The position numbers and the translations under genes were made by a program. Below the pieces are notes generated by a model. The model was given only the letters and a program-made list of their open reading frames with translations, was not told where the DNA came from and did not search any database. This document shows, piece by piece, positions 1-11,089 of a stretch of DNA of 64,000 nucleotides. The DNA is from Eledone cirrhosa (Eukaryota). Positions within the stretch are counted from its first letter, which is position 1; each line of letters begins with the position of its first letter. The stretch lies in the NCBI GenBank assembly GCA_964016885.1, contig OZ024744.1, positions 39,122,001 through 39,186,000 on the forward strand. Direction: 5' to 3'.

Positions 1-396
1 GAGGGAGTAGGGGGTATATAGAGAGAAAAAGGACCTCAAAACTACCATGGAGGAATACAATCAAATGTCTTGAACTGATTCTAGTATATGCTTGGTGTTT
101 ATTTTACAGAATCAACTCTAGAGAGAGAGAGAGATAAAAGCAAAGTTAAGCACAATAACAGTAAATAAAAAATAAGCAATAACATTTTACAAGAATTGTG
201 TTAACCAATATTCATTAACAAAGTTACATAAGAACAACATCAAAGGCCACTGGAATTATTTTTGAAAGGGTCCTTTAAGAATTTTCTTTGATTATTATAT
301 TACTATTATTATTATTTTAATTATTATTATCATCATTCTTATTAATTAACTAATTAATAAAAAATTTCTGATGAGAAAGGCCCATTTCAAAGTCGC

Positions 397-575
397 TCAG
401 GATTTGTGCCATACAAGTTCTGAACCAATGTATGTAGATTGAACTTCAAGATTGTCATTCAGGAATATAAAATCTGCATCCGTTCCAAAGTCCAAAGAAC
501 CTTTCTTGTCTGTAATATTCAACAACTGTGCAGGATGCAATGATGCCATCTGCAGAGCCTCAACTACAGAGGATT
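397..575 (-). CDS. AMDHD2: Last coding exon of N-acetylglucosamine-6-phosphate deacetylase (AMDHD2/NagA family)
   Basis: Translates (K)SSVVEALQMASLHPAQLLNITDKKGSLDFGTDADFIFLNDNLEVQSTYIGSELVWHKS*, matching the recognisable AMDHD2 C-terminus (ASLHPAQLLG..KGTLDFGADADF..L...L.VQATYI.GELVW). Pyrimidine tract and acceptor (tttcatttcacag|AATCC) end at 576. Phase 1 fits the exon at 51717-51763. Confidence 0.93.
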
Positions 576-690
576 CTGTGAAATGAAAAGTAGAAAGAAA
601 AAGAGGAGAAATGGATTTTGTAATATACACCAAAACATTTTATTATTATTAAAAGTAAAAACAAAAGTTGAAACAATTATTATTATTATT

Positions 691-811
691 TCATTTTTTT
701 TTTTTTGTTACATCCTTTGTTTTTGTTTTTACATGCAGAAATTCCCATTTGTAAAGTCTTGTGCTGTCCTTAATGTTATGTTTTGTGTCAACGCTTGTGG
801 TTAATAAAGAA
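691..811 (+). mobile_element. 3' UTR fragment of a Tx1-like LINE
   Basis: Closely similar to the 3' UTR at ~47260-47395 (gttacatcct...catgcagaaat.cccatttgta...cttgtggttaataaagaaa). Preceded by (ATT)n. Confidence 0.7.
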
Positions 812-814
812 ACA

Positions 815-1268
815 AACTGTGGTTTTGCAGTGCCGGTAGAGTATCAGACGCCATGCTTTGCAGCATAGACTTATGGTCCTTTACATTCTGAGTTCAAATC
901 AACCAAGGTTAACTTTGCCTTTCATCCTTACGGTGTTGATAAAATAAAGTACCAGTAATGTACTGGGGTCGATTTAATCGATTTTCCTCTCCCCCCCAAA
1001 TTACCGGTCTTGTGCCTATACTAGAAATTATTATTATTATTAGGGCAGTAGATTGGCAGTATTGATAAAATATTGGGCAACATGCTTCACAATGCAGAGT
1101 TATGGCCCTTTATATTCGAAGTTCAAATCCTACTGCGGTTAGCTTTGCCTTTCATCCTTACAAGGTCGATAAAAAAGGTACCAGTCATGCACTGGGGTCG
1201 ATTTCATTGACTTTCCCTCACCCCAAAAATTGCTGGCCTTGTGCCTAAATAAGAAACCATTATTATAT
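815..1268 (+). mobile_element. Two tandem SINEs (tRNA-like head, central gcctttcatcc...gtcgataaaa...gtaccag domain, (ATT)n tail)
   Basis: Copies at ~815-1040 and ~1042-1268. B-box-like gagttcaaatc and shared tail ctggccttgtgcct...gaaaccattattat. Many related copies occur in the window. Confidence 0.8.
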
Positions 1269-1349
1269 AAGAGTTGGGGATTGGTAGAATTGTTAGAGAA
1301 TTGGATAAAATTCCATTGCAGTATTTGTTTTGGCTCTTTGCATTCATGA

Positions 1350-1815
1350 ACATCATTTTATATCCACTGTTCTATGATCGCAAGTGTTGGATGGGTCTTA
1401 TTCAGCACAACATCTCTCAACTCATCCCACCCTTTTGCCATCTCCTTTGTCAACTTCTGTGATTTGAGATCAGTTCTCACCACCTCTACCTAAGTCTTCC
1501 TTGGTTTTCCTCTACTACAGCTTCCCTCTACTAGGACTTCTTGGAACTTCTTCACCCAATGGTCATCCTCCATGCACATCACATGTCCATACATTAATAT
1601 TGAACATCCATCAGAGCATTCTTCATTTCTCCCTCTTGGCAAATGAGAATTTGGATGTAGTGTTCAAGAGAAAAGATTGAGTTGGTATGGACACTTGATG
1701 CGCATGAAAGATAACAGCTGCATACAGAAATGCAAAGAAACCTCAAGAGCTAGGACCCATGGAAGAAGCCGACCCAGGAAGACATGGGATGGAGTAGAGA
1801 AGGGTTGAGAGAACT
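1350..1815. mobile_element. Two degraded RTE LINE 3' fragments in opposite orientation
   Basis: ~1350-1630 (-) resembles 4430-4800. ~1636-1815 (+) encodes ..QEKRLSWYGHLMRMKDNSCIQKC. Confidence 0.65.
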
Positions 1816-1829
1816 CTTCACTTGTTGAG

Positions 1830-2142
1830 GACATGACAACCTCCTTAGTGTTGGTGATCTACACAATAAATACACCCAGTACACACTATAAAGGAGTTGG
1901 TGATAGGAAAGGCATCCAGCTATAGAACACTTGCCAAACAAAGGTTTGGGAGGACTCTCAGTTGTGTCAAAGACATGACAACCTCTTCTGGGCACTTGGT
2001 AGACTGTGAGACCATACATAAGCAAGATGCAGATCCCTGGAGTGTCTGGGACATCAGTAGCCCCACGTCAATACTGACTTGGTCCATGTAGACCTATCCA
2101 ACCATTGCTAGCAGGGAAAGCAGACGTTGATGCTGATGCTGA
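1830..2142 (+). mobile_element. Non-autonomous RTE-derived element
   Basis: Contains the ggaaaggcatccagctatagaa motif and ends ..tgctagcagggaaagcagacgttgatg. Related copies at ~18495-18905 (-) and ~27065-27365 (-). Confidence 0.65.
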
Positions 2143-2280
2143 TTATATCATAATCGCCGTTTTACATCCATTCTTCTACGCTAGCATGGGTTAGACAGGT
2201 TGTCCTGTTGTGGGCAGGGTCCGGTTGGCTGACCTTGTCTTGCTATATGCTTCAGCTGCGTGACACCAGAGGTCTATATC

Positions 2281-2728
<448 letters not shown>

Positions 2729-2799
2729 ATATATTTATATGTGGTATGGGGATATATATATATACATATATATCCCCATACCACAGACAATATATATAT

Positions 2800-3052
2800 A
2801 TCATCATCATCATCATCATCGTTTAATGTCTTTCTTCCGTGGTAGCATGGGTTAGACGGGTTTGACCCATTTAGAGGCAAGTTAGGTCAGGTGACTGTGT
2901 CTCGTTCATACAGGAGTGTTTCTGGCTGGTTTTCTATGGCTGGATGCCCTTCCTAATGCCAACCACATTTACAGTGTGTACTGGGTGCTTTTTGTTGTGT
3001 CTTTTACACGACCACTTTACAGTGTCGACTGGATGTTTTGTAGTACCAGCAT
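2800..3052 (-). mobile_element. Non-autonomous RTE-derived module with (GAT)n tail
   Basis: Reverse complement of the 3' part of 17040-17438 (ggatgcccttcctaa motif, gcatgggttagacgggtttgacccatt). Confidence 0.75.
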
Positions 3053-3159
3053 AATATATGTATATACACACATATATATATATATTTCATAATAATGATA
3101 TAAATATATTATATATATACACATATATGTATATCACATATATCTATATACATATATCA

Positions 3160-3787
3160 TCTATATATATAAAACTGAGGATGTCTGTGTGTGTGTGTGT
3201 CTGTGAGTTTGAATCCCTAAAACTCGAGAAGTACCCAACCAATTTTTTTCAAAATTTACATGTGTATTACTTATGTTTCAGGGGGTGTTATGCGACACTG
3301 AGCCCCCAGGGGCTGCATTAGGTGAAAAACTGCTTTTTTTCAGCTTTTTTAGGGTTTTTTTGAGGCATTACGTCAGACCGATTTCCTTGAAATTGTGACT
3401 ATGTATTAGTCAGTCTCTTCTTCATACCGTGAGCAAAGAAAATCCAACTTTTTTATGGCCTAGGACCCGCATTAGGTGAAAAACTTCAGTTTTTCAGCTT
3501 AAAAGGGCTTTTTTGAGGCATTACGTCTAGCCGATTTTCCAAAAATTTCAAGGCATATTATGCACATAAAAAAAATTCATTTTCTTGATTCCCTAGGGCC
3601 TGCATTAGGTGAAAACCTGCATTTTTCCTGCTTCATCGATAAAATCTTAAAGATTATCCAGCCATCAGAGTATTCGGTTTATTTTCTTTACATATTGTCC
3701 AGTCATGCAGTTTTTCCACGATTAGGTCTGTTGCCAGCCCGCGTTCCAAAATACCTTATCCAGTGCAACGCCGGGTACCACTGCTAG
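3160..3787 (+). mobile_element. Non-autonomous Helitron-like element
   Basis: Begins a|TCtatatatataaaa and ends CTAG|t, with a subterminal hairpin cagtg..cactg (3761-3783). No TSD. Internal ~130-155 bp repeats carry gcattaggtgaaaa. Confidence 0.7.
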
Positions 3788-3826
3788 TATATATATATAT
3801 ATATATTTGTGTGTATATACATATGT

Positions 3827-4214
3827 GGAGGCACATGGCTTAGTGGTTAGAGCATTGGCTTTGCAATCGAAAGGTTGTGAGTTCAATTCTCAGACCGGGT
3901 GATGTGTTTTTTCCTTGTGCAAGACACTTTATTTCACATTGCTCCAGTTTACTCAGCTGTAGAAATGAGATGATAGGGACTGAGGTCCTTAGCATTCCAC
4001 TGCAAAGTGGTCGTGGAGGGGCCATGGCAAAAAAGCACCCAGCCCACACTGTAAAATGGACGTGTAGGCGCCGCGGAAAAAAAAAAGCAACCAGCATTCA
4101 CTGTAAATGAGGTTGGTGTTAGGAAGGGCATCCAGCTGTAGAAATCAAGCCAGAATAAGTTCCCGTCCCACCCTTGCAAGCAGGGAAAAGTGGATGTAAA
4201 AATAATGATGATGA
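3827..4214 (+). mobile_element. tRNA-CORE SINE with RTE-derived body and tail
   Basis: A box tggcttagtgg, B box gagttcaattctc, CORE-like ccttgtgcaagacactttatttcac..ctccagtttactcagctgtagaaatgag, then ~48-bp units, ggaagggcatccagctgtagaaa, and an RTE tail with (GAT)n. Confidence 0.88.
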
Positions 4215-4407
4215 TACATGTATATATACATATATTATATATACATATATATATGTCTACATCATATATTATATATACATATATATATGTCTTCATCATA
4301 TATTATATATATACATATATATATGTCTACATCATATATTATATATATACATATATATATCTATATACATATATATGTATAAATCATATATATCTATATA
4401 CATATAT

Positions 4408-7400
4408 ATCATCATCATCTTACGTCTGCTTTTCCCTGCTTGCAAGGGTGGGATGGGTCCTATTCAGCACAGCATCTCTCCACTTGTCACGGTCCTTAGT
4501 CATCTCCTCCGTGAGTTTCAGCGATCTGAGGTCTGCTCTCACCACATCCGCCCATGTTTCTCATGGTCTACCTTTACTGCGTCTTCCTTCTACTGGCATT
4601 TCCTGGCACTTCTTTACCCAGCGGTCATCCTCCATGCGCATCACATGTCCATACCATCGCAGTCTTCTCTCTCGCACACCACAACTTAACCCTCCTAAAC
4701 ACAGTTTCTCTCTCAACACATCCATGCTGGGTGGTTCACGCACATTGACATTGCACATCCAACGGAGCATGCTTGCCTCATTTCTCTCCAGCCGTCACAT
4801 ATCCTCTGCAGTTGCTGCCCATGTCTCACTACCATGCAGCATCGCATATCTCACACAAGCATCATATAACCGTCCTTTCATACGCAGAGAGAAACCCTTC
4901 TTTGTCAACAGAGGAAGCAGCTCTCTAAACTTCTTCCAACCCATCCTTATTCTAGATACTATGGCCTCGGAGCACCTCCCTCCCATGCTAATCTGATCAC
5001 CTAGGTACCGGAAGCTATCAACCACTTCTATAGAACCCACCTGCATTGGAAAAATGTGTCTATCAATGCGACTTCTACTGTCAAATTTCCCTGTACATCT
5101 ACTGCATACATAGTTTTCCCTACCTGTTAGTTTGCCTGCTATCCCACTACATTTCTTGTGTACCCAAGATCTGCATTGCGTACATTTTATGAAATTTATG
5201 CCAGTTCCTTTTCTACATATTGAACATGGCCATTTCCCTGATGGAATCAGGGTACTGTCCTCTCCTTTACTTATCAACACTTTTGTTTTAGTTATATTCA
5301 CTCTCAGTCCTCTTGATTCCAACTGCTGTTTCCATAGCATTCTCTAACTCCTCTACTGATTCTACTATAAGAACCAGATCATCAGCATAGAGAAGTTCCC
5401 ATGGGCATCCAGTCTTAAACTCCTCTGTTATGGCTTGGAGGACTATAATGAACAAGAGCGGGCTGAGGACTGAACCCTGATGTACTCCTACGTGTATCTG
5501 GAATTCCTCACTAAACTCCATCCTACTCTCACTTTACTGACAGCACCCTTGTATATAGCTTGCACTGTCCTCACAAGCCATTCCTCTACACCTAGTTTCC
5601 TTAGGGACCACCAAATGACAGATTGGGGTACCCTAACAAAGGCCTGCTCTAGGTCAACAAAAGCTAAGTATAGTGGCTTATTCTTCTCTAAGAACCTCTC
5701 TTGTAGTTGTCTCACTAAGAAGAGGGCATCTATTCTACTTTTCTCAGGCACAAAACCAAACTGCATCTCAGAATATCCCCTTTACCTTTGTAGCAATTTA
5801 TGAGAATACTGCTGCACCAGTCTTTGGGTATGACACCACCATATATAGATTGATTGATGATGCATGCAACCAGTTTAGTGCCTACTTCTCCTGATGCCTT
5901 CAGCAGCTCAGCAACTATCCCCGACAGTCCAGCAGCCTTATCGTTCTTCATTTCCTTAATTGCCTCTTGTACCCTATATTCGTCAATTTCAATAGCTGGT
6001 CCCTGTCGGGTCTACTGGGGTAATTTTTCTGTCCCATTCGTTCTCCAAATTCATCAGTCTTTCATAATGACATTTCCAGGCCTCCTTTTTTTTTTATCAT
6101 TCGTGACTCTAAGTACACCGGCATCATTCCGAACACACTTATCTCCAACAACATCCTGATTTGCACTGACACACTGCCTTGCAATGCAGAACACCACACG
6201 TCTCTGATCTTCCTGTCACAAAACATTGGCAAACCTCCTACTCTCAGCCTCCCTGTGTGCTAAGTACACCTGACGTCTAGCTTCTCTCTTAGCAGCTGTG
6301 TATCCTTCTCTACTCCCACCATTTTTCCAAGCCTTCCATGCTAGTCTTTTGTCTCTAATGGCCCTATCTACCGTGCTGTTCCACCACCAGGTCACTCTCT
6401 GTCTGGTTGAAGCTCTGCCTCAACCACAAGTTTCTTCAGTAGTCTGCAGTAAGTTGTCACGTAAGAAATTCCAGTTAGCATCTATGTCATACAACTCTAA
6501 ATCGTCTTCTTTTTTGTCATACACATCTTGAAGGGCTTTGCTAAATTTATATTTTAGTGAAAGGTCTTTTAGCTTCCACACCTTCCTGTATGTCTCATTC
6601 TTTCTCTTACTTACTGGGATGTCACTAACGACTAACCTATGCTGTGGGGTACATTCTTCTCTGGGGTATGCCTTAGTATTTGACACCATCTGTCTGTCTC
6701 ACTGTCTAACTAGCAGGAAGTCAATCTGGCTTATGTGCTTGCCTGATTTGTGGGTTATTAGGTGGTTGGTAGGCTTCTGGAAGTTAGTGTTGCAAATGGT
6801 TAGTGCACTTGCATCACAAAATTCAAGAAGCCTCACTCCTTCTTCAATTCTTGAGCCGTAACCGTGCCCACCATGTACTCCAGTGTATCCATCCTGGAGC
6901 TGTCCAACATGACCATTGAAGTTCCCTGCTAGCATAACGATGTCTCTGTCCTCTGTCATTGAGGCTGTCTGTAAAAATTGCTCGTAAAAGCAGTCTTTCT
7001 CTTCTTTACCTAGGCCTGTCTGGGGAGCATAGGCAGAGATGATTGTCAGCAGTCCCGTGCCTACAACTAATCTAAACTTAATTATTCTATTACTGACTTG
7101 AACTACCTCTATTGTCTTATCAATCCATCTCTCAGCCAGTAATATGCCCACCCCCACCTAACCCATCATCATTACCCACCCAGAAAAGCTTATAACTATG
7201 ATGTTTGCCTGCGATTAGTCTTGCAGAGGCACCTCTCCATCTCACCTCTTGCACGCAGCACACATCCACATGCCTTCTCTCCAGCATCTCCGCTATCTCA
7301 CCAGATCTACCTGTTAGAATGCCAACATTAAGTGTGGCAACTCTGAAATGTGACGTCTCGTTCTTTTTCCTGTTGTGCGATTGTTTGATGACGGTCGGGG

Positions 7401-7920
7401 GTTTCCCGCACATGGCCTCATCAGCCACCCCACTACCGTGCACAGCTCTAACATGGTTAGTGTTATTGCTGTTGACGCAGTTGTTGCTGATCTCATTTGT
7501 TGTGCTCATAGCTTTTGGCAGTAGTATATATACTGGTTGGATGCCCTTCCTAACACCAGCACCACTTTACAGCATGGACTGGATGCTTTTATTTGTGCCA
7601 CCAGCACTAGAGAGGTTGTCTTACTGGACTCAGGGGCCCTATCCACCCCTCCATTTTACAGCATGGACTGGGTGCTTTTATTCGTGCCACCAACACTAGG
7701 GAAGTTGTCTTACTGGACTCAGGGGACTTCTCTACCCCGCACCAATTTATTCGGAGTTGTAGCTCTCATAGACGGGTTGCCTACATTACGGCTTATGGAG
7801 CCTCCGTCCGCCCCTTGTCTGTTCTATGATATATTCACGAGGGAGTGGTTATCGTACAGTGTCAGGCATGTATACCAAATGTGGTGGAAGTGGGGTGGGT
7901 GGGAGAGAAGTGAGAAGAAA
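4408..7920 (-). mobile_element. Near full-length, decayed RTE-clade LINE (5'UTR, APE endonuclease, RT, PHD insert, (GAT)n tail)
   Basis: Frameshifted ORF pieces 7509 to 4420. APE: ATLNVG, VQEVRW, SAYAPQ, GNFNGHVG, QIDF, QHRLV. RT: QFGF, FVDLEQAF, GVHQGSVLSP, LYADDL, FRYLG. C-terminus: [12 protein letters not shown]. The 5' boundary is approximate. Confidence 0.93.
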
Positions 7921-7980
7921 AATGGCTATACGCACAAATTTATATCAACATATATATTTCAACATTTATGTCAACATATA

Positions 7981-8657
7981 TATCATCATCATCGTATAAT
8001 GTCCATCTTCCACGCTAGTATGTGTTTAGACGGGAATTTTCCCACTTGAGGCAAGGTTGGTTGTCTTGCTCGTATAGGACTGTCTGGCGGGTTTTCTACG
8101 GCTGGATGCCCTTCCTAACACCAACCACATTTACAGTGTTGACTGGGAGGTTTTAACCGTGATACCTACACGGCCACATTACAGCGTGGACTATGTGTTT
8201 TTTTGTTGTGACACCTCCACGACCTCATTTATTTAGGACTGGATGTTGAGGTACCAACATAACTTTACATCGAAAGGGGTGGTGTGGATGGGGTGGGGTA
8301 GTGGAGCGGGGGTGTATTTTTGTTAAGAGGTGCCTACTGACTGTAGGTTTCGCTTTGTACTTAGGCAAGGCGGGTCTTCTGTATTACTGTGTAGCGCCAA
8401 AGATCTCGGTCCAGTGACATTATCTTAGAGAGGTGTAAGTGTGTAAGGTTGGAATTTATCAGATTGTCCCAGGTTTTTATGGGTCTACCTACTCCGTAAC
8501 TTCCATCAATTTTGATCACCCTGCACTTTTTTATACAGCTGTCGTCTTTCATGCGCATCACGTGACCATACCAACGTAGTCTTCTCTCAAGTAAACAGCA
8601 TCTGATCCCTCTTATTCCTAATTTCTCACTTAGTTCATTTATGCTTTGCTGTTCACA
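7981..8657 (-). mobile_element. 5'-truncated RTE LINE 3' end with long composite 3' UTR
   Basis: Encodes ..[30 protein letters not shown]. Its 3' UTR is the reverse complement of 14110-14500. Confidence 0.88.
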
Positions 8658-8711
8658 TATATATTATTTATTTATTTTCATATCTCCAAACTTTTCAGTT
8701 TGCATGAGATT

Positions 8712-8743
<32 letters not shown>

Positions 8744-8745
<2 letters not shown>

Positions 8746-9450
8746 AGTGAAATTTTAGTAAGTAAGTTAATTTTTATAATTTTCTTATTTTACGTCTCTC
8801 ATATTATTGTTCTGCATCCCCATGCATTGAACCACAAAGTTACTAAGACAAAACCTATATATTTGCTGGCATAAGTATGCATCTGTATATATATGTTAGT
8901 AGATATACTAATTCTTTATAATTATCTCCAAATTATTTTGTCGAGCCAAAATTGGCCAAAACTGCTAGTATAGTTCATAGTAACAGTTCGGCTGCTGTCT
9001 TCTTAACAAACCACTCTTCACTGATTGACCTCGATGTCACGTGATTGATTCTTTTGAATTTGCCACTGACGCAGTAAGCAGTGATTTTTTCAATGGCTTG
9101 GAACTTAGTCCACGCTTTGCTTTTTTCCATCCACTGAATTATTTTTGTATAAGTTCCCTGTGTCCACGTATTGCCTGGAAACTTAGCTGAGAATAGACTT
9201 CCCTGATGACGAAAGGCTTCTCCGTACGTTTCTTCGGAAACTATGTTTATTCCCTTTCAGAAACTAATTAGTTGGAGTGAAATTTTAGTAAGTAAGTTAA
9301 TTTTTATAATTTTCTTATTTTACGTCTCTCATATTATTGTTCTGCATCCCCATGCATTGAACCACAAAGTTACTAAGACAAAACCTATATATTTGCTGGC
9401 ATAAGTATGCATCTGTATATATATGTTAGTAGATATACTAATTCTTTATA
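8744..9450 (+). mobile_element. Non-coding hammerhead-containing element (Penelope pseudo-LTR / retrozyme-like) with identical 177-bp direct repeats
   Basis: 8744-8920 and 9274-9450 are identical by eye, giving a 530-nt period. Flanked by (TA)n. A hammerhead-like motif lies immediately before the second repeat. Confidence 0.72.
9196..9279 (+). ncRNA. Putative type I hammerhead ribozyme
   Basis: CTGATGA at 9203-9209. Stem II gaaagg/cctttc (9211-16/9253-58) with an inner tccg/cgga hairpin. GAAA at 9260-63. Palindromic stem III C-taatta-G. Cleavage triplet GTT (9271-73). Stem I act(t)cc/ggagt. The first stem II pair is a C.A mismatch, so activity of this copy is uncertain. Confidence 0.62.
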
Positions 9451-9569
9451 TATATATATATACACACACACACATATATATATATATACAAATCTCATGC
9501 AAACCAAAATTTTTGGAGATATGAAAATAAATAAACTTATCTTAACGAAGTCTTTATAACAATGATATA

Positions 9570-9942
9570 TCATCATCATCATCATTTTACGTCCGCTTTT
9601 TCCTGCTTGCAAGGGAACTGATTCTGGCTTGATTTCTACAGCTGGATGCCCTTCCTAACACCAACCTCATTTACAGTGAGTGCTGGGTGCTTTTTTTCTG
9701 TGGCACCTCCACGACCACTTTACAGTGTGGGCTGGGTGCTTTTTTGCCATGGCACCTCCACGACCACTTTGCAGTGGAATGATAGGGACTCCAGTCCCTA
9801 TCATCTCATTTCTACAGCTGAGTAAACTGGAGCAATGTGAAATAAAGTGTCTTGCTCAAGGAAACAACACATCACCCGGTCTGAGAATTGAACTCACAAC
9901 CTTTTGATTGCAAGGCCAATGCTCTAACCACTAAGCCATGTG
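9570..9942 (-). mobile_element. tRNA-CORE SINE with RTE-derived tail
   Basis: Reverse complement of 3827-4214. Confidence 0.85.
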
Positions 9943-10879
9943 ATTTATAGTCAGCACTATGAGGACAAAGAAGACCACAAATTAGAGTAGTACTTGATGC
10001 ATGGTAGAATGCAGAGTGGGTATATTAACCTCTATTTCATTAACATATATATATATAAATATATATCTAGTCAGACATAGATTTGCACCTAGAAAGTTGT
10101 TCTCCCAGGTGCAAGCCTGAATGAGGTTTTTTTTAAAATAGAATACATTTAATTCCCCACTCTCCAAACCACTAATATTGTCCAAAAGACGGGCAAGGAC
10201 TGATACAACTTGACATAGATTCACTCAGGATGTAAATTGACAATACTCTGAGACATCTTTGTCTGCTATTCTAACAATTTTGCCAACCCTGAACTGGCAC
10301 TTCATTTTACTGACCTGACCTCACCCCCACTCCAACCCCAACTCCCACCTCAAAAATGAAAAGCAACATTGACCTCAGCAGGATTTGAAATCAAAGTTCA
10401 GAGAAACCGGAACAACTACCACAAAGTTTCCTATCAACTACTCTGACTCCACCAAAAAAATGAAAAAATATATAAAATAAACACAAACAAATATATAAAT
10501 AAAAAAACAGATATAAAGATTTCGAACAACAAATACACAGACATTTAAATGCAAAAAAACCTACATTCACAAACAAAAAGGAATTACAAATAGTTATTGA
10601 AATAAACATGATCTTGTCAAAATGAACTCACATGAATAGCAAGATGACTCAGTCATATATGACATATATTTTACTCAAGAACAAACTAAAATATAAATAA
10701 AAATAACATACAAAAATAAAATATGAAGCACACATACTTTCAATGTTACATGCACCATGCTACAAACACAAATGTGCTGATCTGCAAAGAACAATGATTC
10801 TTAACCAAGGGTAAATTTACCTCCTCTGGAAAGCAGATGAATTATCGAAACACACTGAGAGTTTTGAATTTTAGAATGT

Positions 10880-11070
10880 GAGAATTTCAGGTGCAGAAAA
10901 TAACTGTAATAACTATAAATAATAGTTGAGAAAATAGGTAGATTACCCCTAAAGATAGGAAAAGTGGTGAGAGATACCGCTGTCTACTTTTTTTCCATAT
11001 CTAAGGGTAATTTACTTAATTTTTTATAGTGATCAACTGTTATCAGAGTTATTTTCAGTATATGAGACTC
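10880..11070. mobile_element. Imperfect palindromic MITE-like element
   Basis: Arms gaaaataactgtaataac..ggtagattacccctaaagataggaaaa / ttttccatatctaagggtaatttac..gttatcagagttattttc. Confidence 0.45.
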
Positions 11071-11089
11071 TTATATTTTAATATATATA

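Larger units (their letters stand above)
8667..9535. repeat. ~55-bp imperfect inverted repeats (8667-8720 / 9481-9535) enclosing (TA)n and the hammerhead element
   Basis: tttatttattttcatatctccaaacttttcagtttgcatgagatttgtata versus tatacaaatctcatgcaaaccaaaatttttggagatatgaaaataaataaa. Confidence 0.9.

Noticed and set aside
98-103. AATAAA on the minus strand as the AMDHD2 poly(A) signal
   Set aside because: Lies in a degraded SINE-like sequence in very AT-rich DNA; not supportable without 3'-end data.
576-633. N-terminal part of ORF 397..633 (MVYITKSISPLFLSTFHFT)
   Set aside because: Intronic pyrimidine tract; AMDHD2 similarity begins only after the AG acceptor at 576.
3827-3900. tRNA gene
   Set aside because: A and B boxes are present but continue into CORE and LINE-derived sequence in multiple copies; this is a SINE head.
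10738-10781. 44-nt exon as the constitutive penultimate AMDHD2 exon
   Set aside because: No AMDHD2 similarity and wrong phase; the true exon is at 51717-51763.
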